A DNA stretch of 64,000 bases from positions 372,001 through 436,000 of the forward strand of contig NW_027272270.1 of assembly GCF_040938485.1 (NCBI RefSeq), read 5' to 3'. Below the pieces are notes generated by a model that was given only the letters and a program-made list of their open reading frames with translations, searched no databases and was not told where the DNA came from. Made by a program: the position numbers and the translations under genes. Position 1 is the first letter of the stretch; every line of letters starts with the position of its first letter. The stretch is from Diadema antillarum. Its lineage: Eukaryota. Positions 38,401 through 50,686 of this stretch are shown here, one piece after another.

Positions 38401-40487
38401 CTTAGGAAAAATTCCTGACTAAGGAAGAAATTTCTTCCTATGAAGGATTTCAGAATACCACCCCTGGGGTGGTATTCTGAAAATCTTCCTAAGTTTCTTC
38501 CTAAGTTTAGGAAAAAACTTAGGAACAGACTTAGGAAGAAACTTAGTAAGATTTTCAGAATACCACTTAGGAAAAAATCCTGACTTAGGAAGAAATTTCT
38601 TCCTACGAAGGATTTCAGAATACCACCCCTGGTTTGTATGAACAGGTACTGCTATCTTATGTTATTGTGAACAGTCTGAAAGTTACTGAGAAGTCACAGC
38701 AAGATTTTTTTTCTTCTATTTTTGGAAAGAAATACTTTTAGTTTAATCTCACGATGAACAAGTCATCATCTGCATGAATTGAGACAAACTTTCACTAAAA
38801 GAAATTACTTTTCCAAGATTTAGTGAATTCAACATTTAAGTGCATGTTTAACTTTATCTTCACAATCGGAATAGAATCAGACCAACAGAATGGTAAAGGT
38901 CTTATCCAAATCATACATACAGCGCTGGAGCTATGGAATTTCACAGTTGCACATGCTTTCTATGAAGAAGCACTTGCTACTGGTTGCCAACAAAATTATG
39001 TGCACAGTAGCTAAATAAATGGTGATCACTTCACAACTCTCCTGTCAGTGTGCACACATGAACATCATTCAAATCACATTTGTGGTTAATGATCTAGCAA
39101 CTTCAACACCATACCCCTGTGAGTCAACATTGTTGGGTTATCAAAAAAGAAATACTTTGATCCAAGATACAGGTTCTTCTCTTTCATTTCATGTAAAGTA
39201 AAAAATAATAATAAAATAAACTTACTATGAGAATTCTTAGGCAATGATATCACCTCATGTAATTTCCATTTGTGGTAGCAATATATATTGCTTTCTTGTA
39301 TAAAACAAAAACAAAACAACAACATAGAGCCAGACTGTTATTTATTTTTGTGCCTGAATTTGATGAAACTGCTATGATTCTGTCTGTTTGAGTGTACTGT
39401 GAAGTCAAATTGAACACGAACTGGAATTGCATTTTTATAATGTTTCACTTAAAGGTATACATTGCCTTTCTTGCCCATTCATGTACAAAGTATACTCATT
39501 CTTTGGTATCTGATTTGCGGAGCAAAGGCATGGCACATTCTTGTCCTTATTTCAACCATAAAGGTGTCCCTTTGACGACTTTATCATCACAACTGAATTA
39601 ATTTTATAACTGCAGGTCTGCCAACATTCCCACATCCAAATCAGGGAGATTCCACACAGCAATCAGGGAGATATCTGTGTATTACATGCATTTCAATGGG
39701 CAAAAATAATTCCCAAATCAGAGAGATTTTATTATTCTCTTATTCAGGCAGGGGCAGATTTTGACATTTTCAGGGAGACTCCCGCAGAATCAGGGAGACT
39801 TGGCAGCTCTCTAATAGCAAGTGAATTACCTTCAGGGCCTCATCACTCTTCAGTATCTTGGCATAATGTTGACAGATCTTCTGTTTTCTGAAGGCAGGAA
39901 TGATGAAGCAAGAATAGCACAGGGGAAAAAAAAGAACACAGCAGTTAATCCTTATATCAAGAGACATAACTGATTTATTGCAAGACTCCAAAGGTAGATC
40001 AGTGCGTCTAACATAATTTTTGCAAAATTACTGTTCAACATGGTAACCAATGGATGTAGATCAGGAAACACTGCAAGAAAGAAAAACAAAAGAAAACAAA
40101 ACAAACTAAGTAAAGTGAATAAGAAGGCTACAAACTATCCACAGACTGGCAGTTATACACCTTGAGGGGGGGTATTTCATAGACATTCAAGGTGCACAGA
40201 ATGATACTGTGTCGTTATTCTAGCTCACAAACCAAGAAACACACCATATCCCTTGTCTTCTTAAACATTCTTCTCATCTGACAATTAAAAAAAAACATGA
40301 TCAACTTGTCTTGCAAGACACAAAACTTATCTAAGAGAAGACATATGCAAAGTTTTTGTTGAGATTAAAAATATTTCATTGCTTAGCCTGCAGAAAAAAA
40401 AAAAAGAGGCAGCAAAATCAGACAACTTCTTACCGTTCTTCTTTAGAAACTTCACAGCATTCTCTGGCCGCATCTCCAGCTACGAAC
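31585..40487 (-). CDS. MAO: Flavin monoamine oxidase, 3' six coding exons (equivalent to MAO exons 10-15); 5' exons absent from window
   Basis: Exons 40487-40434 (54), 39887-39830 (58), 36767-36670 (98), 34607-34496 (112), 32998-32936 (63) and 31743-31585 (159), all GT-AG and in frame. Translation: [180 protein letters not shown]. It has the MAO signature [27 protein letters not shown] and a C-terminal hydrophobic tail. The exon sizes match human MAOA exons 10-14 as I recall them. Confidence 0.95.
36369..36531. mobile_element. Tc1/mariner (pogo/Tigger-like) MITE in MAO intron
   Basis: Termini TA|CAGTCAACCT and AGGTCGACTG|TA. A second copy of the right end lies at 36541-36552. Confidence 0.6.
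37255..38628. mobile_element. Tandem trimer of a PIF/Harbinger-like MITE separated by single CTG target triplets
   Basis: Units 37255-37852, 37856-38463 and 38467-38628, each GGGTG(G/A)TATTCTGAAA...TTTCAGAATACCACCC. CTG occurs at 37252, 37853, 38464 and 38629. Internal CTTCCTAAG/CTTAGGAAG motifs. Confidence 0.85.
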
Positions 40488-41120
40488 CTGCGGTAGAACG
40501 GAGGTGTGAATGGAATTTTACATCTCTGTCTACTTGCTGGAAACAGCTTTGATTTGTCAACATTGAGACACTGACAAAAACAAAAGCAGAGTGTATCGTT
40601 AGCCACCGGATTGAGGAGAGTTTATGGTAACATGATGATGGAGTTTTATTGTCACGGAGGCAAGCCGCTGGATCTCAAGCAGCGTGGCTTCGGTGTAAGG
40701 AAGCTGCCCACGGTGTGATATGGATACCTGCTGGTCGCCAACGATCTATATCATGAAAAAAAAAAGAAATGAAATGCAAATTGATAATGATAACGTCATA
40801 GGCATGTATGCTGTACAACTGTATATACAAGTCCTGTACTTGCATATCTATATATCATACGTAAATTTTGAGCTTGATTGAAAGTCTGTTCGATGCAGAG
40901 GTAAACCATTACAAACAATCTTCAAACCTTTCGACACAAATAATCATCTTAAATATTACTGATCGGTCATAGGCCCTGTAATGGCAGAATTTGATACAAC
41001 GTGAAAAGGTGACCCAGTAGGCTTACAAGTGGCAATTCAGTTGGGAGACGAAAATGATCTCGCATCTAATTCGGAGTATGATATGCTACCTTCTATAAAT
41101 TTCAGTTCTGTAAATCAAGA

Positions 41121-41494
41121 GAAGAACATTATGGTGCCACGCCCACGCAGATTCCACGATCGAACAGTCATATGGTAGTCGCATAGCTTCTCTTCACTCA
41201 CTCCCGCCCCCTTCTCTTAAACGATTTTGGTGCTACGCCATGAAAAATCCTCGATAGGACAGTCACGTCGTAGTCTCATAGTTAAACTCCACACATTCCC
41301 GTCCCCTTCTGTTAAACAATTAATATTGCACGCCCACGAAGATTCCTCGGTCGCACTGTCCTGTTGTATAGTTACATAGCTCCATCTCACTCATTCTCCT
41401 CCCCCTTAATAATCATAGTGCCACGCCCATGAGTATTCCTTGATCCACTTCACTCGTTCCCGGATCGTTCACATCCTCCCCCACCCGATCCTAC
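41121..41494. repeat. Degenerate ~95-bp minisatellite in CYP intron 4 (4 units here)
   Basis: Recurring GTGCCACGCCCA(C/T)GA...ATAG...CACTCATTC units. About 2 units at 51780-51959 and 1 at 7081-7200. Confidence 0.7.
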
Positions 41495-42365
41495 CTTCTT
41501 TATCTCGACATGCACTTTCTGCTGGACGTCGGTATGGACGGCAAGATACTTGATGGCCCAGGAGAGAGTGAGGGAGATGGTGTCCGTGCCCGCCAAGAAC
41601 AGGTCCAGCAGGTCGTAGTGGAGCGCCTCGATGGTAAACGTGTCAGGGTCAGACTTCCGGTGCACTAGGTAGGCATCGAGGAAATCATGGATTTCCGGTT
41701 CACCTGAATAGTTGAATATTGATGATGATATTTGAATAATTGAATAGTATTGATCATGCTCATATGCACAAAGAAAGTGGGTAGGATATCATGAATGAAT
41801 AGTGATGATAATGACGATAATGTTGACAACACCATTCTTCAGGATCTATCCTATGACCTCTATTATTTCTGAGATATATCAATATCTTACCTTGTTTAGC
41901 TTAAAATCTTCATTACATATTACTAGCAGAGGATACAGGTGTATTCTGTAAACGTTGTAAAGGTTCCGATAGCAAAACTTGATTTCATCATGTTAAAGAA
42001 AAATTATATGAAGTATAGCAAAAGGATGACAACAAATAATCTGATTCTCAATGTTAATGAAACTAATTATATTACTGTATTTGGAACTCGAACTATGCAG
42101 TGTGAATCAAAACAGGAAATCCAACCTTAAAGGGCTACTATTTCATAATCGTCAGCTATGGAGAGCGCAATATTGGTTGTGAGGAAAGGGGAACTCTACC
42201 TCTTTCTATTGATACCTAATTATGTTGACAAATGTCATATTGTGTGACTGAGCACATGAACTTAAGACAGCAATGGTAAATTGCACTTTTTCCTAATTTT
42301 TTGAGGGTTATTATTGTGAAGGAAAAATGCATGTCTCACTACATGGATGAGATATATTAATGAAA

Positions 42366-42546
42366 GTAGTCAAATTAACAGGCCAGCTTGCATGACTGCA
42401 GGTTTGTGTTTAGGGTTTCTTCTAACCAAGTTATCGGACATGTGGTCATGCATGTTAAAGGTTATGGACCATAAAATGTTAGAAAAAAAAATCCTAAACA
42501 CACACACGCCTGTATTCATACCGGCTGGCCTGTTTATTTGGCCACT
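42366..42546. repeat. Degenerate ~180-bp inverted repeat (old MITE-like)
   Basis: CAAATTAACAGGCCAGC...TGTGTTTAGGGTTTCTTCTAAC is mirrored by GTTAGAAAAAAAAATCCTAAACACA...GCTGGCCTGTTTATTTG. Confidence 0.6.
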
Positions 42547-44279
42547 TCCAGTGACAGATCTCATCCATTCAATGAGACATGCATTGTTCCTTCATGTCAC
42601 ATTAGATCACAGCTTCATCCCGACATTTCGACAAACCAATTTCATGAATTTGAATGATTATACGCAGTAGCCGCTGCATGCTACGGAGATTAGAACCAGC
42701 ATTTGCGATGTTGGGAAATTTGTCAATCACTTGCAGTGCACATTACACTTCGTAATCGGGCGGCGGCGGTCGCGGTGGTGATCAGATGGGATCAATGAAA
42801 GATCTCTGTTAGTAGTCCATGTGTAGTAGGGCCCTGTACTGACCATGCAGGAAGGTGTGCTCTCACCACCTTCCTGCACTGACCTAAATGTCTATATTAA
42901 GTACGAGGAAGAAATTATAATGCTGACATCATTAATCCAGCAGGACGCTTGGATGTGGACACTCGAATCACAAATAATTGTACTCACCAGTGGCAGCGTC
43001 CAACCTCGCCTGGTGACTCTGGATCTGTTCGTTGAAGAACTTCTCCACTGCCTCCCGTGACGAGAGCAAATCCCGCCATTTCTTTGAGTATTGCAGGATC
43101 GGCCAGGCGGATGGCACAAGCGTCAACAAGGCTCCCTCGCTGCTAACCATGAGGTGACGGACGTTTTCCATGAGCTCGCTGGCCGAGTCCGACCCATGTT
43201 CTTCTCGTCTCTTCATGACAAGGGAGCAAATGACGTTGGAAGAAGTCACCCCGAGAGCTGTTCGAGGATCTATCACTGAACCTTCGGTGCTCTGTGGAAG
43301 AAATGGTTGAGGTCCCCACATGTAGAATCAATTCAAATAACAACAGAATCATGTTGGCTCACAAATCCTTTTTAAAGACACTATGGACCTGATGTACAAA
43401 AACGCTCTCCTTAACAATCTGAAGCAATTGGCGTCCTTAAAATCTGAAAATTAAAGACAATGATGATTGATACATATTGTTCTATGACCGAACAATCTTT
43501 GAAAAACAAAATATATCGGAATACACTGCAGCACTGACAACTATAACGGAAACGCAGAGTAGCAATAATTTATGGTCACTTTAAGCATAATTTAATCTTT
43601 TATGCCTATATTAGTGATTCTTCTTTTCTCCTCACCCTTCACTTGTACCTCTCGTCCTTCTTTTGTGTGTAAATCTTTTAGAACAGTTTTTTCTTTCTTT
43701 CGTTTCATCACGAAAAAAAAAAGAGCTCTCATCTTATCAGACATCATTACGCAAAGTGGAACATAATATCTTAGAAGAGATGACAAAATCTAACGTATTT
43801 TGCATCTACATGATCTATTCAATATTTGTTTGTATATCTTGTTTTTTCGTTTTAAAAATACCACAATCTCTATTGTTATATTTTCATTGTACATCACATA
43901 AGGCTACATACTTGCAATTATTAATGCATTACAAATTCTGTAGTTATTATAACTATTGCTTGAAAAAAAAAGTTGTGAAAAATTGATATTGAGGAAGTAA
44001 CGACTAGAATATTTACAAGAATAACATAAGCGATGATGAACGTATACACAACAAATATATCCCCTCCCTATTCCAAATAAAGGGTACTGAACTACAACCT
44101 TGAAGTATTTGACGAGGTGGTTGACTTCTTCCTGGATGAGTGGTTCAAGGGACACCTTTCCAAATCCCATACCTCTCAGGGTGGTGTGAGCGAACTTACG
44201 GTGCTGTTTTCACATATCGTCAGCTCGGCTGTCAAAAATACCTGGAAAATACCCACGAAAAATAGAAGAGTACCCAACA

Positions 44280-44464
44280 AAGAAGGCCCACGAGTTCGAT
44301 ACTATGCCAAGTTCGACACCTATAGGCCTTGTACCCAGTGTAAGACCCGTGGGCCTTTATGCCTAGTGTCGGATCCATGGGTTTTATATGCCTGTTATCA
44401 AGCCCATGGGCTGTGTGACTCGCGGGCTCTATGACTCGTGAGTGTCGAACTCTTGACGTGGTAT
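44280..44464. mobile_element. Deleted remnant of the same foldback family as 8259-10004
   Basis: Contains CCCACGAGTTCGAT and GTGTCGAACTC modules. The right end GTGTCGAACTCTTGACGTG resembles the foldback terminus. Confidence 0.6.
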
Positions 44465-44486
44465 CCGTTGTAGGCAAGTAGGTATA

Positions 44487-44772
44487 CTCTCTAAAAAAAA
44501 TCGAGTGAAAATTTTCACTCTAAAAAGAGTGAATACAAAAAAGAGTGAATTTCGAGTGAAATTGTGAATTTTGAGCGAAAATGTTCATTTTCACTATTTT
44601 GGAGTGACGTCAGGGATCACTCGAAGATTTTGGAGTGATCCCTGACGTCACTCCAAAATGAGTGAAAATGAACATTTTCGCTCAAAATTCACTCCAATTT
44701 CACTCGAAATTCACTCTTTTTTGTATTCACTCTATTTAGAGTGAAAATTTTCACTCGATTTTTTTTAGAGAG
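44487..44772. mobile_element. Near-perfect 286-bp palindromic MITE with TA TSD (Tc1/mariner-type)
   Basis: TA|CTCTCTAAAAAAAATCGAGTGAAAATTTTCACTC ... GAGTGAAAATTTTCACTCGATTTTTTTTAGAGAG|TA. The arms pair almost to the centre (about 44630). Confidence 0.9.
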
Positions 44773-47700
44773 TAACCTTGTATGGTCCATGGTATAACTG
44801 ATACCACTGTCCTGATACATCACTGACTGTTACTAGTTGCCTGACACTTATCATTACATGCAGATAGTGTAGTTGCATACTGTTGCTACTTTACCATAAC
44901 CATCCCTGCAACATCTATCATATTTAATACTGATGTAATGGTACCACAGTACAGTTGCGGAGACGGGGGGGGGGGGGGGGGTAACGCCCCCACTTTCTTG
45001 TTAACTCTATACAATCATTAAGTGGGCCCCTTCATTTTGTAAAAACGTAGCACCTGCCCTCCACATACACAAACACTGAGATATGCATGAACGAACATGC
45101 ATACACACACGGGTATACAATAAATAGGCCTACTAACATGATTTATTCGAAATCAGATCTGCTTTTACCCGATTCCGCATGTATAATTTAATTCTAAATT
45201 GTTAAAGAAAAAGAAATCCCCGTGTGCTGTTACAACTTATCCCACCCATTCCCCAATATACACGTATTATTCTTGTTTGCTTTACTGGTAAGGTTTTACC
45301 GTTTCCATCAGCTAACAGATCGAGGGTCTTATCGTCTAAGCTTCTCTCACATGGAAAAAGAAATACATAGTTCGTTTCCTTATGGTGACGATCGAGTTGT
45401 AGCTATTGGATTTCTATACTCACCACAATTATTACCAATCATACCACTCCATTCACAACCAACATCGCGGAGTCACCTACCGAGTCGCTTCGAGTTCATC
45501 TTCATGAAAATGACGGTCTCCCCTCGGTCAATGAAATCGTTTCCCGCTCTTATTGTGACCTCCCTGATCTCTTCCCATCCATTGACCACGACAGCGGGTC
45601 TGCTTCCGAGATAGAGCGTGTACACGGAGCCGTACTCTTTCCCAAGCTCATTCAGCATGTTGAGAAAGGCGTCGTTTTCTGGAAACGACAACAGGTTCCC
45701 AAAGAAAGGCAGAGGTCGAGGACCTTTCGGTAGTCGGCCTCTTGCCCTGGTCTTTAAGATGGTCCAAATGACCACTAGAGTGAGGCTGCACAAACATAAC
45801 GTTGTCCAGTTTGACTCGAGAAAGCCCAGGGTCTCCATGTTGCGTGTACAACGAGAGACTCCGTATCTTTTCTTGGTTTATCTATTGGGCTTCAGCTTGG
45901 TTTTATATCTATTAGGCTTCAGCTCGTCCGAAATGACGCTCCGGCGAGTCGCAGTGGACAACAAAGCAGGACCTAATAAACGTTGACCTTTCATGCATGA
46001 AAAACTATAGAAAATGTCTGATCAGAGAAGTGACCTTCCTCGTCTGACCAATGAGCTGGGCACTACACGGCCCAGTGCATTTATGCAATATCGATCTCTG
46101 CCATGGTAGGGAGAATCCCGAGTTTTGTTGGGTATGTGAAGGGATATGTTTGAAAGCAGGCGCAGCAAACTTTTCCGAAGAACGTGTTTTTCATTGTTCA
46201 GTTTAAATCAAATTATACTTTATTTCCATCAAACAAAAGGTAATAATTCGCCCACAAAGGAGAGGCCCAATTAAGGGCCATAGTGATTTTGATTGCTTTT
46301 TTCCAACCCGGCAACTTAGGGAACCGCATTAGGGAAAGCCTGACATCTTGTAGCCTTGTATTTCGCTTCTTTTATTTGTTTATCTGTTATCACTTGTAGT
46401 GCCTTGCAAATGCCGAATAAATAAGTAAATAAATAAATTATGAATAAATGAATAAATGAATGAATGAATAAATGAATAGATAAATAAATGATAATAATAA
46501 TAATAATGATGATAACAATAAATACATTTGTCAAAATATATTGTTACACAATTTGAAAAAGTGTCTGCATGCTATAACGAGTAATATAATCTTCTCTACG
46601 GTACAAATTACATGTACTCATTAAGTCTTTCTGATGACCGACGATGATAATGATGATGTGTTCATGGTAACATAAAAAATGATAAGGATGATGTTGCTAT
46701 ACTACTCCATTAATGCTGTTATCAATGACGCTCATAATGACGAACATAATTTCTATTGTGCCATTTTCTGTACGGAACGCTCAAAGGCGCCAAATGACGG
46801 TGATAATTAATGATGACAACAATAATGACATGACCTATAATCATCAAAGCCATCATCATCGTAATGCTAATTTGTAATACTGGTCTTTAGTAACACAAAT
46901 ATGAACCTATTAAACTGTACAGCATTGTATGCATTGCATGGGTGACTATTATGCATGGATTTGTAATGACACGTGCTTGTGCCAGATACTTATTTGTATG
47001 ACCTAAACTTTCGTTTGACAGCAATATAAATAGTTTCTCTTTTGACAATCACTTCTCTTTCGAAACATTTGTTTGTTTTAGAAACTTGCGCACATGGTAG
47101 AAAAAAAGAAAATCATACATTTGGGGGCATGCGCGCCTGCGCGTCAGTGAGAAATCTGCTGGCGTCAATCAATGTTATGTCAATCAGTGAGTTGACTCTT
47201 GTAAAGGAGATTTTAGTGACAACAGTTTTTGTTATTCCCTTTGATCCCACGTTTGATACCTCCACGCAGAAATACTGAAGTATGTACGGGTATGTAGCAA
47301 AACTTGGGCTGCCCAACAGATAGGAAGACAATTTATTGATCCATGTGTCATTGCATCATGACTACCGTAGTCACACTCTTCGCCGTCCCTTCTCAAGAAA
47401 TATGAGAGGTGCAGGTACAGACACGGAGATGTGCGAATAAAAATTGCGCAGAATTGTTCCCCCCCCCCCCCCCAAAAAAAAAAAAAAAAAAAATCGAAAT
47501 TACTCGACCTTACATGATTTTACATTAATTAACATTATAAATGAATAAAGAACTATACTTGGAGATTATACCATATCAGTTCGATATGTCAGAAGTGATT
47601 GGAAAGATGATAAAATTGGCTTTTTAGTGAAGGTAAAACAGTTTAAAATACTTTCACGACTACAGCTCAGATTTATATACACCTTGGCACATATTTCTGG

Positions 47701-49531
47701 ACTGGATTTACTTTCGTTTCATATGCTTTATCATTAAGTTAAATTTATTTCATTTCATAAAAAACAAGCAAAATATAGCCGACATTATGTTAGTGTTGAA
47801 AACGAATCTTCAGATTGCTCACAAAGACAACAGCAATGAAGGCAAAAATGCACCTGTGGAACTCTTTTTCACATTTATAGAAAACTGACAGATGTTTGAA
47901 TAATACATTCAGTAGGAATTCATCTCTTATACCTCCTAATTGGTATGATCCACTAATCACTATCTCTCGGTGCAGTGCGTGCGATTCTATACTTTTTGTG
48001 TGGCGGTTTTTGTTCTTATTAGTGGTTAATGTCAGCTCCCAGAAAACAAATACAAAAACTGTCCATAGACATTGCTATAAACTAGTCCTATAGCTACGTC
48101 ACAAATCATAATCCACCTCTGTTATACTTATATAGAGTACATGTAGAGAATATGATCAAAGTAAGGCATAAATAGTAGTGCATGACACCTCCGTATAGAT
48201 GAACAATTCAGTTTTATTACAAGATTGCATGTACACATTACAGCTTTGGTATGAGATGGGCGCAATGACACAATTATGAAAACTGCTTCCTTTTACACGA
48301 AAATATCACTTTGCGCACGTCACAGCCTGGCCTAAAAAGTGGGATTCCCTGTACAGTACAGTATTACCAAGTCTTTCTTATGTGCATTATAATGTGTACA
48401 GTACAATTTTGACAAAGACTAAAACACATGCAATACAATTCAATTATCAACATCAGCCATCCGAGTTATACTATTATATATTGTATATACATGTATATTT
48501 AATGATAATGATTTGATATAAACTTATGCTCATTCAAGATAAAATGATAAAAATAGATGAAATCTCAACAATTACACACTCTTCTATTCACTAATCATTA
48601 TCATCGTAAGACATATATACAACAGTACAATAATGCTCTTTAATTGCATAATATCTTTCCTTCTCAACGTGCATTTCTTTGCAAGCGTAATGATTGGAAT
48701 GCAGGGTTGGAGGTATACCCTGTGGAAAAAAAACAAACTTTTTTGGCTACCTTTATTCTTTAAGTTCTTCTATAATCATCTCTCTTCTTCAGTCTTTTTT
48801 TTTTTGCATTTTATTTCCTTTTTGATGAAAAGAAATAAAATGGTTTAAGTTAACAATATTGTACAGTATTATGTCATGTTATTTGCATTCAGCTGTGTAA
48901 AAAAACTACTGATGTTTTTCTTTCTGATTGTGGAACACTTATTATCGTGAAAAACATTTTTTTTTCTTTAATCCGTACGAAAGATGACATCCCAGGAATG
49001 TAAAAAGGAACATAACACGAATATCATACAAATAACTCACGAGTATTACCCCTCTGATCCTGGGGAGAAATGATCCTTTGTTGGTTAAAGTTATATCGCT
49101 GATAAAAGAAACCCCGCCCTAACCTCTAACAAATCAAAGTAAATACGGAAGAAAAAAAAAGTCTGCTATTGGTTGCCAGTATGACTACAGTGATTTTTAC
49201 TCATGCAGTGTCCGATCCACATGTATATAACTACACTGTATACACCATAATATGGTGGTTGCATTACAATGTCTGGTTTTTGTTTGTTTGCTTGCTTTTT
49301 CTTGGGGGGGGGGGGGTTAGTGACTGACAAAAAAAAAATGTGGGTTTTTTTTTCATATATATATATATATATATATATGAACATACATACATATCTGAAA
49401 ATGCATGAGTGTATGTGCTGTTTGCGCCTCTAAGATAGCAAAAGTGTGAGATATAGAACAAATTTAGTTATCCGGTTTCTAAGCAGGATCTCTTCTTTTA
49501 GAGTTTCTGCATAATCCAGGATGTCATTGAA

Positions 49532-49873
49532 TTAGTCATTCCAGGGATAAATCTGGATTCCAAACGGTGCTGGGTCACGGGTCAAATCCATAAAACCTTC
49601 GAAGGAGACTGATTCGCTGGGCGGAAGTGAAAACTTGACCTGTTGCATGATGGTCGTGAAGAAGAGGAATAATTCCATCTTGGCCAGCTGCTCACCCATG
49701 CAGACGCGTTTCCCTTGAAAGAAGAATACAAAACAAACAGTATTGGCAATTATTTGAGTAAAGACAAAATCATCAATGTGCAATATGGGCAGATAAATCA
49801 TTGGTTTCCTTGACTTAATGTATAAGGCGAACACTTGTGGATTTGCAGTTAGATTGTGAGAGGTTGCTGATGT

Positions 49874-49909
<36 letters not shown>

Positions 49910-50232
49910 TTTAAGACGATGTATGAGCACTTGGTGTGATAAACATGAGCGAGTAAGGCTCTGTACTAATTCCCGATCCTAAGCCTTTGAAGGTAGTTTC
50001 GAGCTTTGCATAGTGATAAAAGTGGGCCAAAAAGGACCATCTTCAGATAAGTGAGAGACTAACTCGAAAAAGTTGGAAGTGAGAAACGCCATTCCATCCA
50101 TTATCGCTGCAGTGGGCCGCAAACTACAGCCATCAAAACGAAAGTTGTATCACTATGTGCTTGAAACTCCAGGTTAAAAATTCCTATGAATTGCCATCTA
50201 TACAAAAAGTATGGAGGGGACACCGCCCATGT

Positions 50233-50263
<31 letters not shown>

Positions 50264-50646
50264 GGGGGTCAATTTACCGGCAGAGAATGGGAGGAAGTTC
50301 TTCGGTTGCTTGACGACAGTCCCATCATCCTCCAAGAATCTCTCAGGATTGAACTTATCTGGGTCAGTCCACACATCTGGATCACGATGCAGAGACCTTT
50401 CATGATGAAAATAAAACATTTTATTCATTAAAAGAAATCCACAAATGTTTCGTTTTCTGCCAAGCTACGATGAGTTAATGCAACTTTCTATGCAATGAAA
50501 ATCAAATAATTGAATGCAATCATTATTGTAGGCCCAACAACAAATTTAATCACGAGACAGCTTGTCCAAGATGAGGTGTGAATGCGATTTCATTCGGTAC
50601 TTCAAATTTTTCGTGTTGCACCTCGTTAAATATTCTCCCATTGGTT

Positions 50647-50686
<40 letters not shown>

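Larger units (their letters stand above)
40653..45838 (-). pseudogene. CYP-C: clan-2 cytochrome P450 (A/D subtype), nonsense codon in exon 2 and truncated within exon 5
   Basis: Exons 45838-45481, 44241-44099 (TGG>TGA at 44212-44210 in the WxxxR Trp), 43291-42988, 41703-41495 and 40745-~40653. Similarity to CYP-D exon 5 ends after EIQRLASV. Confidence 0.9.

Noticed and set aside
40598-45838. A translated CYP-C-MAO fusion protein
   Set aside because: CYP-C has TGA in exon 2, and no phase-2 donor exists in the truncated exon 5 to join MAO exon 10 in frame. Only a chimeric RNA, or splicing from CYP-D, remains possible.
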